A stretch of 64,000 nucleotides of DNA from an uncultured Spirochaetaceae bacterium (GTDB taxonomy: Bacteria > Spirochaetota > Spirochaetia > SZUA-6 > Fen-1364): contig CAYTGX010000009.1 in assembly GCA_964437385.1 (NCBI GenBank), positions 11,219-75,218 on the forward strand. The letters run 5' to 3'. Shown in pieces: positions 34,367 through 43,758 of the stretch. The notes under the pieces were generated by a model. It was given only the letters and a program-made list of their open reading frames with translations, searched no databases and was not told the origin of the DNA. The stretch's first letter is position 1. Each line of letters opens with the position of its first letter. The translations under genes and the position numbers were made by a program.

Positions 34367-35407
34367 TTAGTAGACGAATCGCACCGCAGCGTACACCATG
34401 CCCGCGCTGGCCGGGCAGAATACCACCTTGTGTCCGCGTTTCAGACATCCATCGTTCTGCGCCATGTATATGCCCATGGGTATACTTGCAGAAACGATAT
34501 TGCCGAAAGTCGGAAACACTTTGGCGTACATCTTTTCAGCGGGAAGCATGTGTGTCTTGCTCGCAGTGAGATACGCTGCGTCAGATGCGGCGTGGGGGAA
34601 ATAGATATCCGGTTCGTTCCAGTCGCTCACCAGCTCTCTTACAACGGGAGCCAGGTATTTGTTTGCCGCGTCGAACAGCTCCTTGCCGTACGACACAAAG
34701 TTGTTGATCCCATTCTTTCCCAATCGCTTGGAGGGCTCGACGAAATTCTCATACCCGTCCAGGGGGATGGTACACAGGTCTGCCAGCGCGGGAACCGACT
34801 TGTACGCGAACTTCCATTCCCCATCGGTCGGGCTGAGAATCGTGGCGGTGGCCGCCTCCCCGATGGTGTAGGTCGGGAACGTGTACTCGATCTGCCGAAG
34901 GTGCTCGATTTTGAAATTGTCCGGGTACCCGTGGTAGATATTGAACTCGCCGTTCAGGATCATGATGTGCTTGTAGCGGCCGCTCTTGAAGAACTCGTAG
35001 GAGATCTCCAGGGCGCGTATCCAGCTCATGCATGCGTCCACGATATCGAAGCAGGAGCAGGTCATGTGCATGTTCTGTGCGTAGAAATAGGCGTTGGCGG
35101 GCTCAAGGAATCCTTTTCCCACTCCGCAGTAGATGAGCAGGTCGATGTCCCCGGCTTTCAGCTCCGCTTTTTCCAGGGCTTCTTTCATCGCGCCGATGAT
35201 GAAGTCGCCGGCCTTTTCATGCTTCTTTTCGTCACGCGCATAGCGGACCTCGGATCCTGCCATCGTAAAGAGCCCGCGCACCATCCGTTGATATGTTTTC
35301 AGCAGGATGGGAGAGACTCCGTTGCTGTGCTCCTCCAGCATCTGGAGGATGTCCGCGTTGGTCACTTTGCGTGACGGCACCTTTACTCCAACTGAATCAA
35401 TTCTCAT
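34367..35407 (-). CDS. beta-ketoacyl-ACP synthase III (FabH-like) family protein
   Basis: Cys-His-Asn triad contexts: FDIVDACMSW, FPHAASD and FGNIVSASIP. Confidence 0.8.
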   Translation of the reverse strand: MRIDSVGVKVPSRKVTNADILQMLEEHSNGVSPILLKTYQRMVRGLFTMAGSEVRYARDEKKHEKAGDFIIGAMKEALEKAELKAGDIDLLIYCGVGKGFLEPANAYFYAQNMHMTCSCFDIVDACMSWIRALEISYEFFKSGRYKHIMILNGEFNIYHGYPDNFKIEHLRQIEYTFPTYTIGEAATATILSPTDGEWKFAYKSVPALADLCTIPLDGYENFVEPSKRLGKNGINNFVSYGKELFDAANKYLAPVVRELVSDWNEPDIYFPHAASDAAYLTASKTHMLPAEKMYAKVFPTFGNIVSASIPMGIYMAQNDGCLKRGHKVVFCPASAGMVYAAVRFVY

Positions 35408-35455
35408 GTTTACCCCGTATATTCAAATTTGTTGTTGGGGAGTTGATCTCCCCGG

Positions 35456-35475
35456 TGCATTGCTGTACCAATGCA
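35456..35475. promoter_or_regulatory. inverted repeat TGCATTG-N6-CAATGCA in the divergent promoter region
   Basis: Perfect 7-bp arms between the KASIII and GT1 genes; candidate operator. Confidence 0.3.
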
Positions 35476-35546
35476 TGGCTCGACATCGGGATATTAATTC
35501 CATGAGTATACCCCTTATATCCCGAATTGCATAGTATGGAGCAACA

Positions 35547-36833
35547 ATGCATATCACGGTGATAGCCATCGGTTCTCAGGGAGACGTGCAGCCATTCGCC
35601 GCACTGGGCGCAGGCCTGGCCAAGGCCGGCTTCACCGTAAGGCTTGCCAGCCACGAGTCATTTCGCGGGCTTGCGCTCGCGGGGGGCCTGGAGTTCGCGC
35701 CGATTACCGGCAATCCGCGGGACATCGTGCAGGGCGAGCAGGGACAGGCCTGGCTCCAGTCCACGGACAACTACCTGCTTTTCCTCAAACAGGTCTCAAA
35801 GATCGCCCGTGGCATGATCGGGAAGCTGTCCAGCGACATGCTGGAGGGAAGCAGGGGAAGCGACGCGCTGATCTACAGTCTTCCCCTGGCGGTCTCGGGG
35901 TACTCGACAGCCGAGGTACTCGGGATTCCCGGGATCCCTGCCTCTCTTTACCCGCTGCACCCGACCACCGCCTTTCCCTCCATCATGACTCCAACCCTCC
36001 CGCTCAATTGGGGTCCCCTGAACTGGCTGAGCGGAGCAGGCGTGGCTGAGCTGTTCTGGCTGATTGTCCGACCGCTGCTTGCAACCCGGACAAGAACCGA
36101 GTCGGGTCTCGGCCGGCTGCCGTTCCGCATTCCCCTCAAGGCATGGAGAAACCGCGGCCAGCCATTCCTCTATGGCTACAGCCCTGCTGTCATTCCTTCG
36201 CCGGGAGATTGGCGCGAATCAGAAGTGGTCTGCGGCTACTGGTTCAGCAAACGGAATGAGGAATGGAAGGCCCCGGCTGACCTGTCGAAGTTTATCGCGT
36301 CGGGACCGCCCCCCCTTTACGTCGGGTTTGGAAGCATGGCGAGCGGGGATTCTACGCTTCTGACGCGGTCCGTGCTTGAGGCGCTGAAGAGAACCGGCCT
36401 GCGCGCCATTATTTCCTCGGGCTGGGGCGGGCTCCGGACAGAAAGCCTCCCTGCCAGCGTTTTTCCGGTGGGGCATATTCCCCATGACTGGCTCTTCCCG
36501 CAGTGTTCAATGGTGGTGCACCACGGCGGGGCAGGGACAACGGCCGCGGTGCTGCGCGCGGGAATCCCTTCGATAGTTGTGCCGTTTTTTGCCGACCAGT
36601 TCTTCTGGGGTCACCTCGTCCAATCACGCGGCTTGGGGCCGGCGGCCCTGCCGCACAAGAAGCTCAACGCAGATGCGCTCGAGCAGCGGATTCAGGCAGT
36701 GCTTGCGGCGGACGAAATGCGGCAGCGCTGCGCGGATATGGCCGGCAAAATTGCGCAGGAGGACGGGATCGGCGCGGCTGTGGCAGCCGTGGAGCGCTAC
36801 TTGCGCAGCACCACTTTCAAAACAATCCACTGA
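35547..36833 (+). CDS. GT1-family glycosyltransferase (UDP-glycosyltransferase/MGT, sterol glucosyltransferase-like)
   Basis: MHITVIAIGSQGDVQPFAALG N-terminus and the C-terminal donor motif HHGGAGTTAAVLRAGIPSIVVPFFADQFFWG. Confidence 0.8.
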   Translation: MHITVIAIGSQGDVQPFAALGAGLAKAGFTVRLASHESFRGLALAGGLEFAPITGNPRDIVQGEQGQAWLQSTDNYLLFLKQVSKIARGMIGKLSSDMLEGSRGSDALIYSLPLAVSGYSTAEVLGIPGIPASLYPLHPTTAFPSIMTPTLPLNWGPLNWLSGAGVAELFWLIVRPLLATRTRTESGLGRLPFRIPLKAWRNRGQPFLYGYSPAVIPSPGDWRESEVVCGYWFSKRNEEWKAPADLSKFIASGPPPLYVGFGSMASGDSTLLTRSVLEALKRTGLRAIISSGWGGLRTESLPASVFPVGHIPHDWLFPQCSMVVHHGGAGTTAAVLRAGIPSIVVPFFADQFFWGHLVQSRGLGPAALPHKKLNADALEQRIQAVLAADEMRQRCADMAGKIAQEDGIGAAVAAVERYLRSTTFKTIH

Positions 36834-37651
36834 CGGAGCCTGCCGGGGGCCAGGGGCGCCACGTGCCCCAGGAAGCGCGAGTCCCAGCCTACCGTGTAGC
36901 GGCTTCGGGGTCTTCGCGCTGAGAGGGCCTTTTCCACCGTCAGTGCCACGCGCCTGGCGGAGATTCCGGTTGCCGACGCATGGTCCGTGTAGCGCTGAAA
37001 TGCCTCTGCGGCCGCTCGATACAAGTCCCATTTCCCGGCATTGAGGTCTCCTGCCGTGTCCATCGCAGTGCTCTTTGACTTGTTCCAGATCGGGGTTGCG
37101 ATGTTGCCGGGCTCTATAATGGAAACCGAAACACCGAATGGCCGGACCTCCATGCCAAGGGATTCCGCAAGAGCCTCCAGGGCAAACTTAGCAGCGGAAT
37201 ATGCCCCGACAAAAGGCAGGGCCAATCTGCCGAGTATGGAGCCCATGATGATCACCCGGCCGTGGGCGGCGCGGAGCATCGGAAGGAACGCCTGGGTCAC
37301 GGCGATCTGGCCGATGACGTTCACGTCCAATTGTCTCCTGAGCGCATCAAGGGGGAGCATCTCCAGCGGACCGGCAACTGCAATCCCCGCATTGTTGACC
37401 AGCCCGTGCAGGCTGTCTGCGTCCAGAGCGCGTGAAACGCTCTGAGCAGCCCTGGCGATTGAGGCGCTGTCCGTCACGTCCAGCAGGACCGGTGTGACGG
37501 AGCCTGACGCCTCCGCCTTCAGTCGTTCACCGTCCTGGTCTTTACGAACTCCGGCAAATACGCGAAAACCGCTTGATGCGAGTCTGAGCGCACACTCTTT
37601 CCCAATGCCGGACGACGCGCCGGTGACGAGGACTGCCTTGCTGTTCTGCAT
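36797..37651 (-). CDS. short-chain dehydrogenase/reductase (SDR)
   Basis: VLVTGASSGIGKE, NNAG and YSAAKFALE motifs. Confidence 0.85.
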   Translation of the reverse strand: MQNSKAVLVTGASSGIGKECALRLASSGFRVFAGVRKDQDGERLKAEASGSVTPVLLDVTDSASIARAAQSVSRALDADSLHGLVNNAGIAVAGPLEMLPLDALRRQLDVNVIGQIAVTQAFLPMLRAAHGRVIIMGSILGRLALPFVGAYSAAKFALEALAESLGMEVRPFGVSVSIIEPGNIATPIWNKSKSTAMDTAGDLNAGKWDLYRAAAEAFQRYTDHASATGISARRVALTVEKALSARRPRSRYTVGWDSRFLGHVAPLAPGRLRQWIVLKVVLRK

Positions 37652-37709
37652 AGGCTACAATAAGTAGTCGAAAACCACGCAACTGTATAGAACCGGGCGG
37701 GCGTTGAGC

Positions 37710-39323
37710 TCAGTACGTATACACCACTCCCAGGCTCAGATAGTTGTTCAAGGCGTTTGACGTGGTCAGATCGACGTTCAGGACGTACTGCAAAGTGTAG
37801 CCGAAATCCACCTGAACATGACCTATTGGAGTATCCAGATTGAGCTTGGCATCGATTCCCGCCTGGAGCGACTTTTCCAGCACTGACTGCGTCAGAAACC
37901 GGGTGTAGACCATCCCAGCGGGAAGTGCATAGCCCGGGGCGAAAGTTGCCTGGCCGTTGATGTCGTAGCCAGGGTCGAAGATGCTTCCGTCGGCCGGTCC
38001 AGCCACATTGGGAATGCCATACGATCCATTGCCGTGCAACGTCAGCCGGCCAAAAATGTTGAGATCCAGATATGTGACGGGCCTGAGAAGTGCGCTCACT
38101 TCGAACCTTGCTGAATCCGGTTGGATGGACGGGCCGATGTTCTGGCCGGCATTGGTATAGTTCAGGTAGTTGTTGTCTGTCGGCTGATTTCCGCCGTCTT
38201 TGTGTGAGTACGTGTAAGGGGTGACCAGAAGGATATTCGCGCTCAACCTGGTGAGAAAGGGGAGATTCGGCGTCCAGGAAGCACCCGCCTGGAAAGACAA
38301 AACGAGCATTGTATTGAAATGAAGTCTCAACAGATCGTTGAAGCTGGCGTCATCGATATAGAGAAGGAAATCTGCTTTCACAGCTTCCGGCAGCTTGACT
38401 CCCCCTGAGACTCCTATGAACGAGTTGTCATGATAGCCGGCCATCCCCTGCGCGTAGAAGGAGATCACGGGCAGAAGGTACAGCGGCTCGAATCTGGGAC
38501 CCCAGACAATTGCCTCGTACACGCCGAGGGTCAGCCAGTCCGTGGGATAGAGCTCCAGCCCGTTGAGGGCCATGAACTTGGTCGGTGCGCTGCTTGTTCC
38601 GCCGTCGTTTGTGGTTCCTGAAATTTCCATCAAGGCCATTGTGACGGTGTATGAGCCCTGCTGCAGGGTCAGGGCGAACTGCCCTGACTGCGGAGCGGAC
38701 GAGCTCAGGATGGCATTGTCTCCCCAGAAGGGGCCAAAAGAGCCGCGCAGAACGCCGGCCTGAAAATAGTCAGACTCGTTGCCGAGTGCGGCGCCCGCCG
38801 TCATGCTCATCCGGGGGGTGAGGCCTGTTGACCCGATAGGATGCACGGAACCGTCGTTGACATAGTCCAGGTTGGTGCGCCCGAACTCCGGCAGGACTTC
38901 ATTTCCCGACCCTTGTACGGCAACGATTCCGGTAACTGTCGAGTATGTAATGGAAGGAGCCAGGCTGCCCTGCATGGTGCCTTCGACACCCACCTGCGCG
39001 TAGCCCCTGTTCAAGTCTGTGCGTCCGAGGCTGCTTATGATCGCATGGAGGTGGTTGCCGTCTCCCATTTGCCCGAGGTACATATTGGCGAGCTGCTGGT
39101 CAGCCTCATTCCCCCGTTGCACAACATCGCCAAGAACCTTCTTTACCAGTTGAAGAGGATAGGGCCGCAGGGGCGGCAGGTTGCCGATCAGGCCGCGATT
39201 CTGCCACAGCTCGAGATCCGTATACAGGCGGTCATTCGGATCAGCGACGATCTGCGCAAAGGCCACCTCTGCGAACAAGAATATGAGAGAAACAACCAGA
39301 ACGGGGCACGCTATTTTCTTCAT
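37710..39323 (-). CDS. wzi: outer-membrane beta-barrel protein, capsule assembly Wzi-like
   Basis: Signal peptide MKKIACPVLVVSLIFLFAEVAFA and N-terminal LYTDLELWQNRGLIGNLPPLRPYPL, which resembles the Wzi helical plug motif. Alternating beta pattern with C-terminal ...GVVYTY. Confidence 0.5.
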   Translation of the reverse strand: MKKIACPVLVVSLIFLFAEVAFAQIVADPNDRLYTDLELWQNRGLIGNLPPLRPYPLQLVKKVLGDVVQRGNEADQQLANMYLGQMGDGNHLHAIISSLGRTDLNRGYAQVGVEGTMQGSLAPSITYSTVTGIVAVQGSGNEVLPEFGRTNLDYVNDGSVHPIGSTGLTPRMSMTAGAALGNESDYFQAGVLRGSFGPFWGDNAILSSSAPQSGQFALTLQQGSYTVTMALMEISGTTNDGGTSSAPTKFMALNGLELYPTDWLTLGVYEAIVWGPRFEPLYLLPVISFYAQGMAGYHDNSFIGVSGGVKLPEAVKADFLLYIDDASFNDLLRLHFNTMLVLSFQAGASWTPNLPFLTRLSANILLVTPYTYSHKDGGNQPTDNNYLNYTNAGQNIGPSIQPDSARFEVSALLRPVTYLDLNIFGRLTLHGNGSYGIPNVAGPADGSIFDPGYDINGQATFAPGYALPAGMVYTRFLTQSVLEKSLQAGIDAKLNLDTPIGHVQVDFGYTLQYVLNVDLTTSNALNNYLSLGVVYTY

Positions 39324-39537
39324 CGGGACTCCTGTTCTTCAGCCATTACTATGTAGCATTTGCAACAAGAATGCCAAGTGGGGAATCTGGCGCGATCCTA
39401 ACTACTTCTTCTGCAAGCAATTGGAGGGCAGAAAAAACGGTCCGCCGTGAGAACCCCGTTTTCGTCTGCTATTGTGTAATAAGAGTTCTGATTTTAATAT
39501 TATGCGGTTGTGTGCGGTTCACGCTTGATTTTTTTCT

Positions 39538-40104
39538 GTGTCGATATATAATGTTCATAGATTGAACACCTTGGAGACAGCTGACCATGAGTATGCTCTA
39601 CTGGAGAGCATATACCACCATGACGATTCAAGGCCCGTCAAGCAGCGGGATCTTGCAAGAATAGTCGGCATCTCTCTCGGCATGACCAACGTCATCCTTC
39701 GCAAGCTCGCCCAGAAAGGGTGGGTGATCGTCCGCAAAATCAACAGCAGGAACATACAGTACGCCGTCACGCCAGCGGGAATCGATGAGATCAGCAGGAG
39801 AGGCTACCAGTTCTTCAAAAGGACGGTCCAAAATGTGGTTTATTACAAGGATGCGCTCGAGCGGTTCCTCCTGAGCGCCAAGGCGAAGAATTTCCACGCA
39901 ATTGTGCTCGTCGGCAAGAGTGATTTCGATTTTGTCCTCGCTTTCTTATGCCAGAAGCACAAGATAGAGTTTACGCAGTCAGATACGAGTGCCTGCGATG
40001 AGGGCGTCCTGACGGCATTCGCGGAAGACTATACTCCCCCGGGAGACGGCGCAGCGGGCCCGCCGGACGGAGTATATCTGCACGACATACTGATCGGTCA
40101 CTGA
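39538..40104 (+). CDS. winged-helix (MarR/PadR-like) transcriptional regulator
   Basis: KQRDLARIVGISLGMTNVILRKLAQKGWVIVRK HTH. The start is uncertain: GTG 39538 overlaps a TTGATT-16-TATAAT promoter, and TTG 39562 or 39571 are alternatives. Confidence 0.6.
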   Translation: MSIYNVHRLNTLETADHEYALLESIYHHDDSRPVKQRDLARIVGISLGMTNVILRKLAQKGWVIVRKINSRNIQYAVTPAGIDEISRRGYQFFKRTVQNVVYYKDALERFLLSAKAKNFHAIVLVGKSDFDFVLAFLCQKHKIEFTQSDTSACDEGVLTAFAEDYTPPGDGAAGPPDGVYLHDILIGH

Positions 40105-40230
40105 GCAGCTCGTTTCGGCGGCGTTCAGCAGTCCCCTCAGGTTTTCGCACGCACGAGATTGCCCGGCGCCCTGCCGTCAGGAAGGACGCATGGGGGATCC
40201 TGCGCGGACTGCGACAATGCAACTGAACAA

Positions 40231-41535
40231 ATGTATCCCGTCGTCATACTCTGCGGCGGCCTGGCAACACGGCTGCGGCCGCTCACAACCAACATTCCCA
40301 AGTCCCTCATCGAAGTAGCAGGAAAACCCTTTATCGAGCACCAGCTCGCTGAATTGCGCAGCCAGGGGGTTCGCCGCGTGATCCTCTGCGCAGGCCATGG
40401 CGGAGGGATGATCCAGGAAGCGATAGGGGATGGCGGACGATTCGGAATGCAGGTTCAATACGTGTTCGATGGGCCGCGGCTGCTGGGAACAGGGGGCGCA
40501 CTGAAAGCTGCCGGCCGTCTTCTTGACGGGACATTCTTTGTGCTGTATGGAGATTCCTACCTGTTTGTAAACTACGCGGCCGTCGCCGGCTCCTTCGATG
40601 CGGCGGGAACTCTCGGCTTGATGACCGTGTATCGAAACGATGGAAAGTGGGATAAGAGCAACGTGGTCTATGAGGGGGGACGGATTCTTGTGTATGACAA
40701 GAAGAACCTCGCGCCCGCCATGCGGCACATAGACTACGGGCTCGGCATGTTGAAGACAACGGCGCTGGAAAGAGTTCCGCCGGACACGCCATATGACCTG
40801 GCTCTTCTGTACGCCGGCCTGGTGCAGGAAAGCCAGCTGGCCGGCTTCGAGGTTTTCCAGAGGTTCTACGAGATCGGAACGATCGACGGCCTGACCGAGA
40901 CCAGGGAATTGTTTACAAATATGAAAGGCGGGAAAATGGACACCTACACGACGACCCACTTGAATGAAGCTTCCCGGATCATCCCCCTCATCGACGCGGC
41001 AAAGATCGAGACCATCGTGCGCATGATCGCCGATCTGCGGTCCCGCGGCGGACGGCTTTTTTTCCTTGGCATCGGGGGAAGCGCGGCCAACGCGTCCCAC
41101 GCAGTCAACGATTTCCGCAAGCTCGCCGGTATCGAGTCGTATTCTCCTACCGACAATGTTTCGGAGCTCACCGCCCGCACGAATGACGAGGGATGGGAAA
41201 CCGCTCTTGTCGGGTGGCTCAAAGTGAGCCGCCTCACGAAAAATGACATGCTCTTCGTGCTCTCCGTGGGGGGCGGCAGCCTGGAGCCTTCCGTCAGCCC
41301 CAACCTCGTTCGCGCCATCCAGTTCGGGAAAGAAGTCGGCGCAAAGGTGGTCGGCGTGGTGGGCAGAGACGGCGGCTACACGGCCCAGGTGGCGGATTGC
41401 GCGGTGATCGTGCCCACGGTGAACCCAAAGACCGTCACACCGCATTCCGAGGCCTTCCAGGCAGTCATCTGGCATCTCATTGTTTCGCACCCCGCGCTCC
41501 AGGCGAACAGCACAAAGTGGGAGTCGGTACGTTAG
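40231..41535 (+). CDS. hddC/gmhA: bifunctional sugar-1-phosphate nucleotidyltransferase (HddC-like) / sedoheptulose-7-phosphate isomerase (GmhA-like)
   Basis: The N-terminus MYPVVILCGGLATRLRPLTTNIPKSL is an NTP-transferase. The C-terminal half has LFFLGIGGSAANASHAVNDF and VLSVGGGS (SIS/GmhA). It is one continuous frame. Confidence 0.8.
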   Translation: MYPVVILCGGLATRLRPLTTNIPKSLIEVAGKPFIEHQLAELRSQGVRRVILCAGHGGGMIQEAIGDGGRFGMQVQYVFDGPRLLGTGGALKAAGRLLDGTFFVLYGDSYLFVNYAAVAGSFDAAGTLGLMTVYRNDGKWDKSNVVYEGGRILVYDKKNLAPAMRHIDYGLGMLKTTALERVPPDTPYDLALLYAGLVQESQLAGFEVFQRFYEIGTIDGLTETRELFTNMKGGKMDTYTTTHLNEASRIIPLIDAAKIETIVRMIADLRSRGGRLFFLGIGGSAANASHAVNDFRKLAGIESYSPTDNVSELTARTNDEGWETALVGWLKVSRLTKNDMLFVLSVGGGSLEPSVSPNLVRAIQFGKEVGAKVVGVVGRDGGYTAQVADCAVIVPTVNPKTVTPHSEAFQAVIWHLIVSHPALQANSTKWESVR

Positions 41536-42071
41536 GGGAAAAGCAGGCAGTATTTTTCGACCGGGACGGCGTGCTCAATGAGGCGATTGTCCGCGACGGG
41601 AAGCCTTATCCACCGGCTGATCTGGCTGAAGTAAAGCTCGTCGAGGGAGCGAGAGATGGGTGCCGCCTCCTCAAAAGCGCGGGCTTCCTGCTCATCGGGG
41701 TGACAAATCAGCCTGATGTTGCGCGCGGCACTCGCAGGAAAGAAGCCATCGAGGAAATAAACGCCTTTATCCGCGCAGGCGTCGGGCTGGATGAGTTCCG
41801 CGTCTGTTATCACGACGATGCGGACCGCTGTCATTGCAGAAAACCCGAGCCCGGGCTGCTTCTCGACGCCTCCAGGGACTGGGGCATCGACCTGGGAAGC
41901 AGCTTCATGGTCGGTGACAGGTGGAGGGACGTGCAGGCCGGTGTACGGGCAGGGTGCAGGACAGTATTCCTGGACCGTGACTACGCCGAGCAACTTCGGG
42001 ACATACCAGACGTGACAGTGTCTTGCTTTGAAGACGCGGTCTCCTGGATTCTTGAGAGGAGTGGGAAATGA
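41517..42071 (+). CDS. gmhB: D-glycero-D-manno-heptose 1,7-bisphosphate phosphatase (HAD-IIIA)
   Basis: AVFFDRDGVLN, GVTNQ and MVGDRWRD motifs with a CHC.C zinc-loop-like segment. GTG 41517 is the in-frame start nearest the conserved N-terminus. Confidence 0.8.
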   Translation: MGVGTLGEKQAVFFDRDGVLNEAIVRDGKPYPPADLAEVKLVEGARDGCRLLKSAGFLLIGVTNQPDVARGTRRKEAIEEINAFIRAGVGLDEFRVCYHDDADRCHCRKPEPGLLLDASRDWGIDLGSSFMVGDRWRDVQAGVRAGCRTVFLDRDYAEQLRDIPDVTVSCFEDAVSWILERSGK

Positions 42072-42790
42072 CCCTGGAAGCAATCGGGAAAATGAAGACC
42101 AAAATCTTTGCGGATGGCGCGGACAAGGACGCCATACTCGCACTGTACAAGAAGCCGTACATCAAGGGCTTCACGACCAACCCGACGCTGATGCACAAGG
42201 CCGGCATCACGAACTACAAGGAGTTCGCGCTCGATATCTTGAAGGAAATTCCGGACAGACCGTTCTCATTCGAGGTGTTTGCGGATGAATTGCCCGAAAT
42301 GGAGAGACAGGCGCTCACGATTGCCAAGTGGGGAAAGAACGTCTACGTGAAAATCCCGATCACGAACACTCGGGGAGACTCCACGAAGGAGCTCATCCGG
42401 AAGCTCTCCGCTCAAGGGCTCAGGCTCAATATCACCGCAATCACCACGCTGGACCAGGTGCGGAACATTATTACCTGCTTTTCGGGCAGCCCTTCAAGCT
42501 ATATATCGATTTTCGCAGGGCGGATTGCCGACACGGGCGTGGATCCGTACGAGCTCATGAAAGAAGCAGTGCAGATCCTCAAGCCGTATTCGAATCTCGA
42601 GCTCATATGGGCCAGCCCGCGAGAGCTGCTGAACGTATTCCACGCGGAGAAGATCGGCTGTCAGATCATTACGGTCACGCCGGACATCCTGAAAAAGCTG
42701 GACCTTGTGGGAAAAGACCTGACTGAATACTCGCTGGACACGGTCAAGATGTTCCACGAAGACGGCCGCAAGTCGGGTTTCACGCTGTGA
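42068..42790 (+). CDS. transaldolase / fructose-6-phosphate aldolase family (TalC/FSA type)
   Basis: KIFADGA, GFTTNPTL, VYVKIPIT (Schiff-base Lys context) and NITAI. ATGA overlap with gmhB. Confidence 0.8.
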   Translation: MTLEAIGKMKTKIFADGADKDAILALYKKPYIKGFTTNPTLMHKAGITNYKEFALDILKEIPDRPFSFEVFADELPEMERQALTIAKWGKNVYVKIPITNTRGDSTKELIRKLSAQGLRLNITAITTLDQVRNIITCFSGSPSSYISIFAGRIADTGVDPYELMKEAVQILKPYSNLELIWASPRELLNVFHAEKIGCQIITVTPDILKKLDLVGKDLTEYSLDTVKMFHEDGRKSGFTL

Positions 42791-43758
42791 GATGTCTCGT
42801 CACAGGCGGGGCGGGCTTTATCGGCAGCTCTCTTGTGGACAGGCTTCTGGCCCAGGGTGAAGAGGTCGTCTGCTTCGACAATTTCGACACCGGCCTTATC
42901 CAGTTCCTCTCCGGCGCGCAGGAAAACAAGCGGTTCACCCTGGTAAAGGGGGACACGCTCGACGTGGCGGGCCTCAAAGGCGCCATGAAGGGCTGTGATA
43001 TCGTTTTTCACCTGGCAGCAAATGCCGATGTCCGGTTCGGCTCCGAGCATCCCCGGAAAGATCTCGAGCAGAATACGATTGCAACGCACAATGTGCTGTC
43101 GTGCATGAAAGAAACCGGAGTGAGAAGGATCGCTTTTTCCTCAACAGGGTCTGTCTATGGGGAAGCGACAGTGATTCCCACCCCGGAAGACGCACCCTTT
43201 CCGGTGCAGACTTCCCTGTATGGGGCGTCCAAGCTCGCATGCGAGGGGCTGATCTCAGCATTCTGCGAGGCGTACAATTTCCAGGCCTGGATCTTCCGGT
43301 TCGTCTCGATCCTCGGGGAAAGGTACACCCACGGGCATGTGTTCGATTTTTATCGGCAGCTCTCGGGGGACTCGGGTAAGCTCGCCGTGCTTGGTGACGG
43401 CACGCAGAAAAAGTCTTATCTCTACATCCAGGACTGCATCGACGCAATCCTGATGGCAATCCGAAAGGCCCAGGGTAAAGTCAGTATTTTCAATCTCGGG
43501 ACTGACGAATACGTTGAGGTCAAGGATTCCATACGTGTCATCACTGAAGAGCTGGGCGCAAAACCCGCACTCTCGTTTGCCGGTGGATCCCGCGGGTGGA
43601 TAGGCGACAATCCTTTCATCCTGCTGGCCTGTTCCAGGATCAGGGCGCTCGGGTGGGCGCCAAAAGTATCGATACGGGAAGGCATCGTACGCACGGTTCG
43701 ATTCCTGAAGGCGAATGACTGGGTTTTTGCGGCACGGGAGACTCCTGCATGGTCATGA
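42787..43758 (+). CDS. NAD-dependent nucleotide-sugar epimerase/dehydratase (extended SDR)
   Basis: LVTGGAGFIGSSL and the YGASK catalytic motif. GTGA overlap with the upstream gene. Confidence 0.85.
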   Translation: MRCLVTGGAGFIGSSLVDRLLAQGEEVVCFDNFDTGLIQFLSGAQENKRFTLVKGDTLDVAGLKGAMKGCDIVFHLAANADVRFGSEHPRKDLEQNTIATHNVLSCMKETGVRRIAFSSTGSVYGEATVIPTPEDAPFPVQTSLYGASKLACEGLISAFCEAYNFQAWIFRFVSILGERYTHGHVFDFYRQLSGDSGKLAVLGDGTQKKSYLYIQDCIDAILMAIRKAQGKVSIFNLGTDEYVEVKDSIRVITEELGAKPALSFAGGSRGWIGDNPFILLACSRIRALGWAPKVSIREGIVRTVRFLKANDWVFAARETPAWS

